Of a stretch of DNA of 16,106 nucleotides, positions 7,628 to 15,651 are shown in pieces; position 1 is the first letter of the stretch, and each line of letters begins with the position of its first letter. Source of the stretch: a virus. Its lineage: Duplodnaviria > Heunggongvirae > Uroviricota > Caudoviricetes. Made by a program: the position numbers and the translations under genes. Under the pieces are notes generated by a model, which saw nothing but the letters and a program-made list of their open reading frames with translations, made no database searches and was not told the DNA's origin. The stretch is taken from positions 1 to 16,106 of the IMG/VR virus record IMGVR_UViG_2648501299_000001. The stretch is one strand, 5' to 3'.

Positions 7628-7713
7628 CAGGTTCAGAAATGGCGAAAGCCGGTCTGCTGGAACAGAACCGACTTTCAGGTGCAAATCGTAACACACTCAT
7701 TGCGGGAGGAATT

Positions 7714-8643
7714 ATGGCAAACACTGCTGAGATATTCAATTTTCCTGTGCCGGATGCGGCACAAAAGGAGCCGCGCGTGGCAGATCTCGATGATGGTTAT
7801 ACGCGCATTGCAAATGAGTTGCTGGAAGCTGTAATGCTGGCCGGATTAACACAGCACCAGCTTCTGGTCTTCCTGGCTGTCATGCGCAAAACATATGGCT
7901 TTAATAAAAAACTGGATTGGGTGAGCAACGAGCAACTTTCCGAGTTGACCGGGATATTGCCGCACAAGTGTTCTGCTGCAAAAAGTGTTCTGGTAAAGCG
8001 TGGGATTTTTATTCAGAGCGGGCGGAATATCGGCATCAATAATGTGGTCAGTGAATGGTCAACATTACCCGAATCAGGTAAGAAAAATAAAGTTTACCTG
8101 AAAGAGGTAAATTTACCTGAATCAGGTAAGAAAAGTTTACCCAAATCAGGTAAAGGCGTTTACCCGAATCAGGTAAACACAAAAGACAAACTAACAAAAG
8201 ACAATATAAAACCTTTTTCGTCCGAGAATTCTGGCGAATCCTCTGACCAACCAGAAAACGATCTTCCTGTGGTGAAACCAGATGCTGCAATTCAGAGCGG
8301 CAGCAAGTGGGGGACAGCAGAAGACCTGACCGCCGCAGAGTGGATGTTTGACATGGTGAAGACCATCGCGCCATCAGCCAGAAAACCGAATTTTGCAGGG
8401 TGGGCTAACGATATCCGCCTGATGCGTGAACGTGACGGACGTAACCACCGCGACATGTGCGTGCTGTTCCGCTGGGCATGCCAGGACAACTTCTGGTCCG
8501 GTAACGTGCTAAGTCCGGCCAAACTCCGCGACAAGTGGACCCAGCTCGAAATCAACCGTAACAAGCAACAGGCAGGCGTGACAGCCAGCAAACCAAAACT
8601 CGACCTGACAAACACAGACTGGATTTACGGGGTTGATCTATGA
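7714..8643 (+). CDS. O: Replication initiator O (lambda O family), containing ori iterons
   Basis: ATG at 7714 with GGAGG 5 nt upstream; the ORF-track start 7624 overlaps the CII-like gene. The N-terminal domain resembles lambda O (VADLDDGYTRIANELLEA ... RKTYGFNK). The gene carries iterons encoding LPESGKK repeats, then an AT-rich segment. ATGA overlap with P. Confidence 0.85.
   Translation: MANTAEIFNFPVPDAAQKEPRVADLDDGYTRIANELLEAVMLAGLTQHQLLVFLAVMRKTYGFNKKLDWVSNEQLSELTGILPHKCSAAKSVLVKRGIFIQSGRNIGINNVVSEWSTLPESGKKNKVYLKEVNLPESGKKSLPKSGKGVYPNQVNTKDKLTKDNIKPFSSENSGESSDQPENDLPVVKPDAAIQSGSKWGTAEDLTAAEWMFDMVKTIAPSARKPNFAGWANDIRLMRERDGRNHRDMCVLFRWACQDNFWSGNVLSPAKLRDKWTQLEINRNKQQAGVTASKPKLDLTNTDWIYGVDL
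8065..8213. repeat. Replication origin: four 18 bp iterons plus one degenerate copy, followed by an A/T-rich tract
   Basis: TTACCCGAATCAGGTAAG (8065-8082), TTACCTGAATCAGGTAAG (8113-8130), TTACCCAAATCAGGTAAA (8137-8154), TTACCCGAATCAGGTAAA (8160-8177), with a degenerate copy near 8094-8110. Each is an inverted repeat TTACC...GGTAA. Followed by acacaaaagacaaactaacaaaagacaatataaaacc (8178-8213). Confidence 0.85.
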
Positions 8644-9341
8644 AAAACATCGCCGCACAGATGGTTAACTTTGACCGTGAGCAGATGCGTCGGATCGCCA
8701 ACAACATGCCGGAACAGTACGACGAAAAGCCGCAGGTACAGCAGGTAGCGCAGATCATCAACGGTGTGTTCAGCCAGTTACTGGCAACTTTCCCTGCGAG
8801 CCTGGCTAACCGTGACCAGAACGAACTGAACGAAATTCGCCGCCAGTGGGTTCTGGCTTTCCGGGAAAACGGGATCACCACAATGGAACAGGTTAACGCT
8901 GGAATGCGCGTAGCCCGTCGGCAGAATCGACCATTCCTGCCATCACCCGGGCAGTTTGTCGCCTGGTGCCGGGAAGAAGCATCCGTTACCGCCGGGCTGC
9001 CAAACGCCAGCGAGCTGGTTGATATGGTTTACGAGTATTGCCGGAAACGTGGCCTGTATCCGGATGCAGAGTCTTATCCGTGGAAATCAAACGCGCACTA
9101 CTGGCTGGTTACCAACCTGTATCAGAACATGCGGGCCAATGCGCTGACTGATGCGGAATTACGGCGCAAGGCTGCCGATGAACTGGCCTGTATGACAGCG
9201 CGAATTAACCGTGGTGAGGCGATACCTGAACCAGTAAAACAACTTCCTGTCATGGGCGGTAGACCTCTAAATCGTGCACAGACTCTGGCGAAGATCGCAG
9301 AAATCAAAGCTAAGTTTGGGCTGAAAGGAGCAAGGGTATGA
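8640..9341 (+). CDS. P: Replication protein P (DnaB helicase loader)
   Basis: 233 aa protein (MKNIAAQMVNFDREQMRRIANNMPEQYDEKPQVQQVAQIINGVFSQLLATFPASLANRDQNE...) matches lambda P from memory with only a few substitutions. Confidence 0.95.
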   Translation: MKNIAAQMVNFDREQMRRIANNMPEQYDEKPQVQQVAQIINGVFSQLLATFPASLANRDQNELNEIRRQWVLAFRENGITTMEQVNAGMRVARRQNRPFLPSPGQFVAWCREEASVTAGLPNASELVDMVYEYCRKRGLYPDAESYPWKSNAHYWLVTNLYQNMRANALTDAELRRKAADELACMTARINRGEAIPEPVKQLPVMGGRPLNRAQTLAKIAEIKAKFGLKGARV

Positions 9342-9631
9342 CGGGCAAAGAGGCAATTATTCATTACCTGGGGACTCATAAGAACTTCTGTGCGCAGGAC
9401 GTTGCCGCGGTAACAGGCGCAACCGTAACCAGCATAAATCAGGCTGCGGCTAAAATGGCGCGGGCAGGAATCCTGGTCGTTGATGGTAAGGTCTGGCGAA
9501 CGGTGTATTACCGGTTCGCTACCAGAGAAGAACGGGAAGGAAAGGTGAGCACGAATCTGATTTTTAAGGAGTGTCGTCAAAGTGCCGCGATGAAGCGGGT
9601 GTTGATGGTTTGGGGGAGGGTAGGGTATTGA
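9338..9631 (+). CDS. ren: Ren (Rex-exclusion relief protein)
   Basis: MTGKEAIIHYLGTH...VTSINQAAAKMARAGILVVDGKVWRTVYYRFATREEREGK matches lambda Ren from memory. ATGA overlap with P. Confidence 0.9.
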   Translation: MTGKEAIIHYLGTHKNFCAQDVAAVTGATVTSINQAAAKMARAGILVVDGKVWRTVYYRFATREEREGKVSTNLIFKECRQSAAMKRVLMVWGRVGY

Positions 9632-9723
9632 AATCAATGGAATTTCCAAAACCTAAAGTTATAATAACAAGGCCTCAATGGCTGGTTTTTATATCTTTTG
9701 CACATAAAATAAGGGTTTAAGCG

Positions 9724-10536
9724 ATGATTTTTATTAGTCATAATTATAAAGACAAAGCTTTCGTTGGGTATATTGCAGATAAAATTGCAGATATATATGG
9801 CAGGGATAACGTATTTTATGATTCGTGGTCAATTCAGCCTGGTGAAGGGATTATTGAACGAATGAATGATGGAATCGAATCCGTTAAAATTTTCTTTTTC
9901 TTTGTTACAAAAAATAGCCTTAAGAGTGATATGGTGTCTTTAGAATGGCAGAATGCACTTATGAAAGCCGCCACTGGAGATGTTAAATTCATTGCTATAC
10001 GTTGTGATGAATCACCTATGCCTGCACTTCTTACTCAAAAAGTGTATTTGGACCTTTATACAAATGGTATAGATGTAGTGATAGCACAAATGAATGATAT
10101 TATCTCTGGTAAAAGCACTTATAAACCTCAGGATGAATTATTCTCCAATCTTTCATATGACTTTAAAACAGAATCCAATAAAGTAATAGTTAGGGTTTCC
10201 GCTGATCATTTTAGCGAGGTTACCGCTGACTTTTTGTTCTTATTTACTAATAAATTAAAGGATAATGAATTAAGATATAATGTATTAGGTGAAAGTGGTT
10301 TTATCCAAGGTTTCCGTTCAGACTATAAACTAAGCACGGGTGAAGTGTTTAGCGCACAAATGGTTGCATTAATGCATGGTCTTAAACCAAAAATTCATTT
10401 GACTGTGGAGTTTTGGCTTGATTCAGGAGATGAACTTATTCTCGCACATGTTATGAGTAAAACATCAACAGATCAGTACACGACCATACCATACAAGAAA
10501 AAAACAGATTTTAGCGGCTTTAACATGAAATTCTAA
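9724..10536 (+). CDS. TIR-domain protein (N-terminal TIR-like domain, uncharacterised C-terminal domain); AT-rich insert
   Basis: N-terminus MIFISHNYKDKAFVGYIADKIADIYGRDNVFYDSWSIQPGEGIIERMNDGIESVKIFFFFVTKNSLKSDMVSLEWQNAL follows the TIR pattern: FIS(H/Y)xxxD box, W.D..I.PG, hydrophobic strand then S..S, and a conserved Glu in SLEW. The C-terminal ~150 aa are not recognised. Markedly AT-rich codon usage. Flanked by non-coding DNA on both sides. Confidence 0.6.
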   Translation: MIFISHNYKDKAFVGYIADKIADIYGRDNVFYDSWSIQPGEGIIERMNDGIESVKIFFFFVTKNSLKSDMVSLEWQNALMKAATGDVKFIAIRCDESPMPALLTQKVYLDLYTNGIDVVIAQMNDIISGKSTYKPQDELFSNLSYDFKTESNKVIVRVSADHFSEVTADFLFLFTNKLKDNELRYNVLGESGFIQGFRSDYKLSTGEVFSAQMVALMHGLKPKIHLTVEFWLDSGDELILAHVMSKTSTDQYTTIPYKKKTDFSGFNMKF

Positions 10537-10570
10537 AATTGATTTTCCATAATCAAACCGCCATACTTGT

Positions 10571-10599
10571 GTCACCGGAGCTTGAACAACTTCGGTGAC
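10571..10599 (+). other. Stable hairpin without U-tract between the TIR gene and ybcN-like gene
   Basis: GTCACCGGAG-cttgaacaa-CTTCGGTGAC: 10 bp stem (one G-U pair), 9 nt loop. No T-run on either strand. Confidence 0.4.
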
Positions 10600-10720
10600 T
10601 TCTGCGCTAAACGGGGACGTTTATGCGCACATACAATCCAAACTCTCTTCTCCCTTCACAGATGCAGAAATGTACCTGCGATTTTTTGCATCCAGCGTTT
10701 GACCTCTGCGGAGGTGAAGC

Positions 10721-11176
10721 GTGAACCTCCCACAAGATGGTATCAAATTGCATCGCGGTAACTTCACCGCTATCGGTCGGCAGATCCAGCCTTATCTGGA
10801 GGACGGCAAATGCTTTCGCATGGTGCTTAAACCGTGGCGCGAGAGACGCAGTCTTTCCCAGAATGCACTCAGCCACATGTGGTACAGCGAAATCAGTGAA
10901 TACCTCATCAGCAGGGGTAAAACGTTCGCCACTCCAGCTTGGGTAAAAGATGCTCTCAAACACACATATCTCGGTTATGAAACCAAAGACCTGGTTGATG
11001 TCGTAACCGGTGATATCACCACTATCCAGTCGTTACGCCATACCTCCGATCTTGATACCGGAGAGATGTATGCCTTCCTGTGTAAGGTTGAAGCCTGGGC
11101 GATGAATATTGGCTGCCACCTGACTATTCCGCAGAGCTGCGAGTTCCAGCTGCTGCGCGACAAGCAGGAGGCGTAA
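10721..11176 (+). CDS. ybcN: YbcN/NinB-position protein (DLP12 ybcN-like)
   Basis: 151 aa. GTG start at 10721 with GGAGG 6 nt upstream. Sits upstream of ninE as in DLP12-type nin regions. Family assignment is from recalled gene order and length, not verified. Confidence 0.55.
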   Translation: MNLPQDGIKLHRGNFTAIGRQIQPYLEDGKCFRMVLKPWRERRSLSQNALSHMWYSEISEYLISRGKTFATPAWVKDALKHTYLGYETKDLVDVVTGDITTIQSLRHTSDLDTGEMYAFLCKVEAWAMNIGCHLTIPQSCEFQLLRDKQEA

Positions 11177-11347
11177 TGGCTACACCGCTTATTCGTGTCA
11201 TGAACGGACACATCTACAAAGTACCAAATCGTCGTAAGCGTAAACCTGAGCTGAAGCCATCCGAAATACCAACTCTGCTCGGATATACCGCCAGCCTGGT
11301 TGATAAAAAATGGTTGCGACTGGCAGCAAGGAGGAATCATGGCTGAT
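11177..11347 (+). CDS. ninE: NinE-like small protein (56 aa; absent from the ORF track)
   Basis: Hand translation: [59 protein letters not shown] directly after the ybcN-like stop with AGGAGG upstream. The basic, W-containing C-terminus resembles lambda NinE. Overlaps the next gene start by ATGGCTGA. Confidence 0.6.
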
Positions 11348-11629
11348 TTGAGAAAAGCAGCGCGTGGTCGGGAATGCCAGGTAAGAATCCCTGGCGTATG
11401 TAATGGCAATTCTGAAACGTCTGTACTGGCACATATCCGGCTGGCTGGATTGTGCGGTACCGGTATCAAACCGCCAGACCTGATTGCCACTATCGCATGT
11501 TCTGCCTGTCACGACGAAATCGACCGCCGCACACATTTTGTCGATGCTGAGTATGCAAAAGAATGCGCGCTGGAAGGTATGGCGAGAACACAGGTTATCT
11601 GGCTGAAAGAGGGGGTTATTAAGGCGTGA
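11339..11629 (+). CDS. ybcO: DUF1364-type Cys-rich protein (DLP12 ybcO-like)
   Basis: 96 aa from ATG 11339 (AGGAGG upstream); the ORF-track start 11300 is further upstream. Cys-rich ([11 protein letters not shown]...[11 protein letters not shown]). Sits between ninE and rusA as in DLP12. Confidence 0.6.
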   Translation: MADLRKAARGRECQVRIPGVCNGNSETSVLAHIRLAGLCGTGIKPPDLIATIACSACHDEIDRRTHFVDAEYAKECALEGMARTQVIWLKEGVIKA

Positions 11630-11988
11630 ATACTTACAGCATCACATTACCCTGGCCTCCGAGCAATAATCGCTATTACCGCCATAATCGCGGGCGCACG
11701 CACATCAGCGCAGAGGGGCAGGCATACCGCGATAACGTCGCCCGAATCATTAAAAACGCAATGCTGGATATCGGCCTGGCTATGCCTGTGAAAATCCGTA
11801 TTGAGTGCCACATGCCGGATCGCCGTCGCCGTGACCTGGATAATCTGCAAAAAGCCGCTTTTGACGCACTCACCAAAGCAGGTTTCTGGCTGGATGATGT
11901 TCAGGTCGTTGATTACCGTGTTGTGAAGATGCCCGTTACCAAAGGTGGGAAGTTGGAGCTGACCATCACCGAACTGGGAGATGAATGA
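11626..11988 (+). CDS. rusA: Holliday junction resolvase RusA
   Basis: 120 aa protein ([26 protein letters not shown]...[34 protein letters not shown]...) matches E. coli RusA from memory. GTG start at 11626. Confidence 0.9.
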   Translation: MNTYSITLPWPPSNNRYYRHNRGRTHISAEGQAYRDNVARIIKNAMLDIGLAMPVKIRIECHMPDRRRRDLDNLQKAAFDALTKAGFWLDDVQVVDYRVVKMPVTKGGKLELTITELGDE

Positions 11989-12125
11989 TGTTTGAGTCTT
12001 ATATGGCAGAACGTCTTCGCCGCCGCTGGGTGCGCCTGCGCTTATATCGTTTTCCCGGTTCTGTTTTGACCGATTACCGAATACTGAAGAATTACGCCAA
12101 AACACTGAAAGGAGCTGCCGCATGA
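11988..12125 (+). CDS. ylcG: YlcG-like small protein (45 aa; absent from the ORF track)
   Basis: Hand translation: [45 protein letters not shown]. Start overlaps the rusA stop (TGATG); its stop overlaps the next gene start. Resembles DLP12 YlcG as I recall it. Confidence 0.6.
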   Translation: MFESYMAERLRRRWVRLRLYRFPGSVLTDYRILKNYAKTLKGAAA

Positions 12126-12811
12126 ATATCCAATATTTACAGTATGTTCGCGAGCAACTCATGGTGGCTACCGCTGATTTGAGCGGAGTAACGAAAGGCC
12201 AGCTTGAAGCCTGGCTGGAGCATGCTCAATTTGATACTGGTACATACAAACGAAAGAAGCCGCGCATTCTGGATGAGGTAACTGGCAGGATGATTACGCT
12301 GGATAATCCGCCGATTTCCGGTAAGCAGTCGTACGCAAAAGGTTCATCCATTGCACTGGTCAGCCAGGTTGAGTTCTCAACATCTTCATGGCGCCGCGCG
12401 GTTCTGTCTCTCGAAGAACACCAGAAAGCGTGGTTGCTGTGGAGTTACAGCGAAAGTGTTCGCTGGGAGCATCAGGTTGCCATAACGCAGTGGGCATGGA
12501 ACGAGTTTAAGGCTCTGTTAGGTACAAGAAAAATTGCCAGTAAGACACTGGAACGCTTAAAGAAGTTGATCTGGCTGGCGGCACAGGATGTGAAGAACGA
12601 GCTGGCAGGGCGTAAGACCTATGAATACCAGGAGCTGGCATCACTGGTGGGAGTGACATCAAAAAACTGGTCTGAGACATTTACTGAACGCTGGGTTGCA
12701 ATGAAGCACATTTTTCTACAGCTTGATAGCCAAGCTTTATTGCTTTTAACGAAAACACGTTCAAAACAAAAGGCGACATTTTCACAGCAAAGTATTGCAA
12801 AACTGGATTAA
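12122..12811 (+). CDS. Putative late-gene antiterminator (Q-position protein), 229 aa
   Basis: Occupies the Q position between rusA/ylcG and the late promoter/lysis cassette. The sequence is not lambda Q and has no Cys zinc finger. The call is by synteny only. Confidence 0.4.
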   Translation: MNIQYLQYVREQLMVATADLSGVTKGQLEAWLEHAQFDTGTYKRKKPRILDEVTGRMITLDNPPISGKQSYAKGSSIALVSQVEFSTSSWRRAVLSLEEHQKAWLLWSYSESVRWEHQVAITQWAWNEFKALLGTRKIASKTLERLKKLIWLAAQDVKNELAGRKTYEYQELASLVGVTSKNWSETFTERWVAMKHIFLQLDSQALLLLTKTRSKQKATFSQQSIAKLD

Positions 12812-12841
12812 AAAGCATATATTTCGTGTAAATCTGATATT

Positions 12842-12870
12842 TTGCCAATGTTGTACGCACTGGCAGTAAT
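12842..12870 (+). promoter_or_regulatory. Candidate late promoter (pR'-like)
   Basis: TTGCCA (12842-12847), 17 nt spacer, AGTAAT (12865-12870), in the 308 bp non-coding gap after the Q-position gene. The match is weak. Confidence 0.3.
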
Positions 12871-12991
12871 CCAAATTCAAGCCCGAGGTTTAAAACTTTG
12901 GGCTTTTCTGTTTCTGGACGGTGAGTAGCCTTCCAACCTACCCCAGCCAGGGTGTTTCAGCTGTTGAGTTGATATTGCTTAACCCTCTGTT

Positions 12992-13016
12992 GCCAGCTAC
13001 ATGCTGGCTTTTTTAT
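12992..13016 (+). terminator. Intrinsic terminator (tR'-like) upstream of the lysis cassette
   Basis: GCCAGC-tacat-GCTGGC hairpin followed by CTTTTTTATT. Confidence 0.6.
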
Positions 13017-13131
13017 TCCAGGCTTGCGGGGAGCATCAACTCCGTGCTTTGTCGTTAAATTACCCCGTGAGCCTGATTTCTGACATTTAACGTCCCGGCC
13101 TTTTGTCGGCGGCGAAACATTGGCTATTCAT

Positions 13132-13437
13132 ATGCACGAAAAAGAGAGCCTTGCCGGAGCGTTCTGGCTCGTTTTGCTGATCATCGCAGGTTGGGGCGGT
13201 CTGGTCCGCTACCTGATAGATGTGAAGCAGAGTAAAGCAACGTGGAGTTGGATAAATGCTCTGGCTCAGATAGTGGTATCAGGATTCACCGGTGTTATTG
13301 GTGGCCTGATCAGCATCGAAAGTGGATTCAGTATTTACATGATTCTCGCGACAGCGGGGATTAGTGGTGCGATGGGTTCGGTTGCACTGACGTACTTCTG
13401 GGAACGACTGACAGGGGTGAAAAATGCAAAATCTTAA
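13132..13437 (+). CDS. Holin (three predicted transmembrane segments); possible dual start at TTG 13120 and ATG 13132
   Basis: Three hydrophobic stretches (LAGAFWLVLLIIAGWGGLV, INALAQIVVSGFTGVIGGLISI, IYMILATAGISGAMGSVAL) and a charged C-terminus. Immediately upstream of, and overlapping, the endolysin gene. Confidence 0.65.
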   Translation: MHEKESLAGAFWLVLLIIAGWGGLVRYLIDVKQSKATWSWINALAQIVVSGFTGVIGGLISIESGFSIYMILATAGISGAMGSVALTYFWERLTGVKNAKS

Positions 13438-13900
13438 TCCTCAGCGTAAGGCTTTCCTCGATATGGTGGCATGGTCAGAGGGAACTGATAACGGACGGCA
13501 GAAAACCAGAAATCATGGTTATGACGTCATTGTAGGAGGAGAGCTATTCACTGATTACTCCGATCACCCTCGCAAACTTGTCACGCTAAACCCCAAACTC
13601 AAATCAACAGCCGCCGGACGCTACCAGCTTCTTTCCCGTTGGTGGGATGCCTACCGCAAGCAGCTTGGCCTGAAAGACTTCTCTCCCAAAAGCCAGGACG
13701 CTGTGGCATTGCAGCAGATTAAGGAGCGTGGCGCTTTACCGATGATTGATCGCGGTGATATTCGTCAGGCAATCGACCGTTGCAGCAATATCTGGGCTTC
13801 ACTGCCCGGTGCTGGCTACGGTCAGTATGAACACAAGATCGATAGTCTGATTGCCAAATTCAAAGAAGCTGGCGGGGTGGTTAATGAAACTTCGCTATAA
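13424..13900 (+). CDS. R: Endolysin, lambda R-type lytic transglycosylase
   Basis: 158 aa protein (..NQRKAFLDMVAWSEGTDNGRQKTRNHGYDVIVGGELFTDYSDHPRKLVTLNPKLKSTAAGRYQLLSRWWDAYRKQLGLKDFSPKSQDAVALQQIKERGALPMIDRGDIRQAIDRCSNIWASLPGAGYGQ...) matches lambda R from memory. Confidence 0.92.
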   Translation: MQNLNPQRKAFLDMVAWSEGTDNGRQKTRNHGYDVIVGGELFTDYSDHPRKLVTLNPKLKSTAAGRYQLLSRWWDAYRKQLGLKDFSPKSQDAVALQQIKERGALPMIDRGDIRQAIDRCSNIWASLPGAGYGQYEHKIDSLIAKFKEAGGVVNETSL

Positions 13901-14345
13901 GCTGGTTATTTCTGCTTTCCTCCTGACTTTATTCGGTTCTCTCGTCTGGTCAGCTAATCATTACCACAATAAAGCCATTGAATACAAAAAACAGCGCGAC
14001 GAAAACGCTATGGCATTAGATTCGGCTATGGCGACGATCTCTGATATGCAGAAGCGTCAACGTGACGTAGCAGAACTCGATGCCAGATATACAAAGGAGC
14101 TTGCTGATGCTAACGCGACTATCGAAAGTCTCCGTGCTGATGTTTCTGCTGGTCGTAAGCGCCTGCAAGTCGCCGCCACCTGTGCAAAGTCAACGACCGG
14201 AGCCAGCGGCATGGGCGATGGAGAAAGCCCAGGACTTACAGCAGATGCTGAACTCAATTATTACCGTCTCCGAAGTGGAATCGACAGGATAACCGCGCAG
14301 GTTAACTACCTGCAGGAGTACATCAGGACTCAGTGCCTGAAATAA
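13884..14345 (+). CDS. Rz: i-spanin Rz
   Basis: 153 aa from ATG 13884 (the ORF-track TTG start is at 13851). N-terminal TMD, then coiled-coil region resembling lambda Rz (..AQRDKNA..DMQ.RQRDVA.LDA.YTKELADA.....LR.DV.AGR.RL...). Overlaps the end of R. Confidence 0.85.
   Translation: MKLRYKLVISAFLLTLFGSLVWSANHYHNKAIEYKKQRDENAMALDSAMATISDMQKRQRDVAELDARYTKELADANATIESLRADVSAGRKRLQVAATCAKSTTGASGMGDGESPGLTADAELNYYRLRSGIDRITAQVNYLQEYIRTQCLK
14107..14292 (+). CDS. Rz1: o-spanin Rz1 (lipoprotein embedded in Rz in the +1 frame)
   Basis: ATG 14107 with AAGGAG 7 nt upstream. MLTRLSKVSVLMFLLVVSAC has a lipobox-like VSAC followed by proline-rich KSPPPVQSQRPEP. Fully nested in Rz, as in lambda. Confidence 0.7.
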   Translation: MLTRLSKVSVLMFLLVVSACKSPPPVQSQRPEPAAWAMEKAQDLQQMLNSIITVSEVESTG

Positions 14346-14376
14346 TTTTTTTGCAAATCACAAAGTCCATTTAATG

Positions 14377-14403
14377 AGCCTCGCGAAAAGCGGGGCTTTT
14401 TTA
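14377..14403 (+). terminator. Intrinsic terminator after Rz
   Basis: AGCCTCGC-gaaaa-GCGGGGCT hairpin (one G-U pair) followed by TTTTTT. Confidence 0.55.
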
Positions 14404-14546
14404 TGTCCGCAGTAAACCGCGCATCTCACGCGCATATTAACGAGAGCCTTTCAGTAAGCGAGCCTGAGAAATGCCGTTATAGGTGGCGACCTCTCTCGGG
14501 CGGCTTTTCTGTGAGACAGGCTCACTTTCTAAAAGGTAAAGACGCT

Positions 14547-15044
14547 ATGAAAGCAATCACGCTTTTTAATACACCGATCCGTGTTGATGAATCAGGAATG
14601 ATCTGCCTCACTGATATGTGGAAAGCCAGTGGTAAAAGTGAATCTGAATCGCCTTACCACTACCTGCGAAACAAGCAGACCAAAGAGTTCTTAGCCGAGC
14701 TGGAGAAAAACCACGAATCTGTGGTTTTTACTGAGCGCGGTGTACACGGTGGAACATATGGCGGGAAGTTTGTTGCTTACGATTATGCGGCTTGGTTAAA
14801 CCCCGGGTTCAAGTACGCGGCCTATAAAGTCCTCGATGACTACTTCACCGGAGAACTTCAGCATCGCAACAGCTTAAGTGCGCAGCTCAACATGAAATGT
14901 CATGAGTTTGACCAGAAGAAAGACATGGCGAGCTTCTGCGGACAAGGGCTGGCAGCATGGCGCTATACGAAGCCAGTGTTGGTCGCTGAGATTAACTCCC
15001 TGGCTAACCAGCTGCAGATTACGATCCCCGGGCTTCTGGGATGA
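14547..15044 (+). CDS. KilA-N domain-like protein (165 aa from ATG 14547)
   Basis: The ORF-track start 14403 overlaps the terminator, so the internal ATG 14547 (MKAITLFNTPIRVDESGMICLTDMWKASGK...) is preferred. This N-terminal pattern resembles KilA-N/Bro-N domain proteins common after lysis cassettes. ATGA coupling to the next ORF. Confidence 0.5.
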   Translation: MKAITLFNTPIRVDESGMICLTDMWKASGKSESESPYHYLRNKQTKEFLAELEKNHESVVFTERGVHGGTYGGKFVAYDYAAWLNPGFKYAAYKVLDDYFTGELQHRNSLSAQLNMKCHEFDQKKDMASFCGQGLAAWRYTKPVLVAEINSLANQLQITIPGLLG

Positions 15045-15298
15045 GTGATCGTGTTATTGAATGCGCCTCCAGAGCGGGGCGCGACTTCTCAGAGTTCATG
15101 AAAGGCGAGAAGGGCATGATGGAAGCATTGGCCTCGGTGGATGAGTTTGGCGAGCAGCTGCGCCTCAACGGCTGTGTCAATCATCACTTTGTTAGCTACA
15201 TGATGCGGAACTCGATCATGCAGGCATTCATGGACATGGCAAAAGCCGAGAGGAAAGAAGAGCGCCGGCGTAAGCGAGCGGAAGCAAAAGCGAAGTAG
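15041..15298 (+). CDS. Hypothetical protein (85 aa), basic C-terminus
   Basis: Translationally coupled (ATGA) to the KilA-N gene. Lys/Arg/Glu-rich C-terminal tail. No motif recognised. Confidence 0.5.
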   Translation: MSDRVIECASRAGRDFSEFMKGEKGMMEALASVDEFGEQLRLNGCVNHHFVSYMMRNSIMQAFMDMAKAERKEERRRKRAEAKAK

Positions 15299-15651
15299 CC
15301 ATTACAAAGCCCATCTACTGGTGGGCTTGATAATGAAACCGGAATTTATTCTGGGCAACCAGTTACGGCAGTACAGCGAAACAACCCAAGCCAGTAAGTG
15401 GGGAAATAACACTGGCAGCCACTGAAAGATGAACCTCCTGCCTTATGGCAAAAAAGATTCTTTGTGGTGGCGGACTGATGGAAAGACATCGGTTATTGCA
15501 GAGGCCATTCAATGAGTGGTCTCGACAATGGCTTATACCATGCACGGGATAACTTAACTGATATCCCTTTTAACGGATAAACGGAGCCAATAATGGCAGA
15601 GAATGTCGGCATTATGGCAGTGAAATTTGGATAAATCGGAGATTAGTACAT

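Noticed and set aside
7400-12162. Minus-strand or alternative-frame ORFs across the right arm (7400..7696, 7420..7611, 8048..8374, 8292..8615, 8552..8881, 8956..9147, 9122..9649, 10567..10761, 10607..10963, 10737..10946, 10975..11490, 11198..11536, 11647..12162, 11676..11876)
   Set aside because: Shadow ORFs overlapping the colinear plus-strand genes (CII-like, O, P, ren, ybcN-like, ybcO-like, rusA). The real genes form a tightly coupled plus-strand series with start/stop overlaps.
12879-12910. Second terminator-like hairpin (AAGCCC...GGGCTT then TTCTGTTTCTGG) just downstream of the candidate late promoter
   Set aside because: The stem is only 6 bp with a 14 nt loop and an interrupted T-run. 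It may be a pause or qut-associated structure rather than a terminator, so it is not annotated as a feature.
14057-14257. 66 aa minus-strand ORF inside Rz
   Set aside because: Antisense to Rz/Rz1. The genuine embedded gene here is Rz1 on the plus strand, which has a lipobox and an RBS.
15299-15651. Possible tRNA gene in the late-region gap
   Set aside because: I saw no cloverleaf-compatible sequence, T-loop GTTCGAATC-like motif or acceptor-stem pairing. The GGTTCGAA string at ~15787 lies inside the HNH coding sequence.
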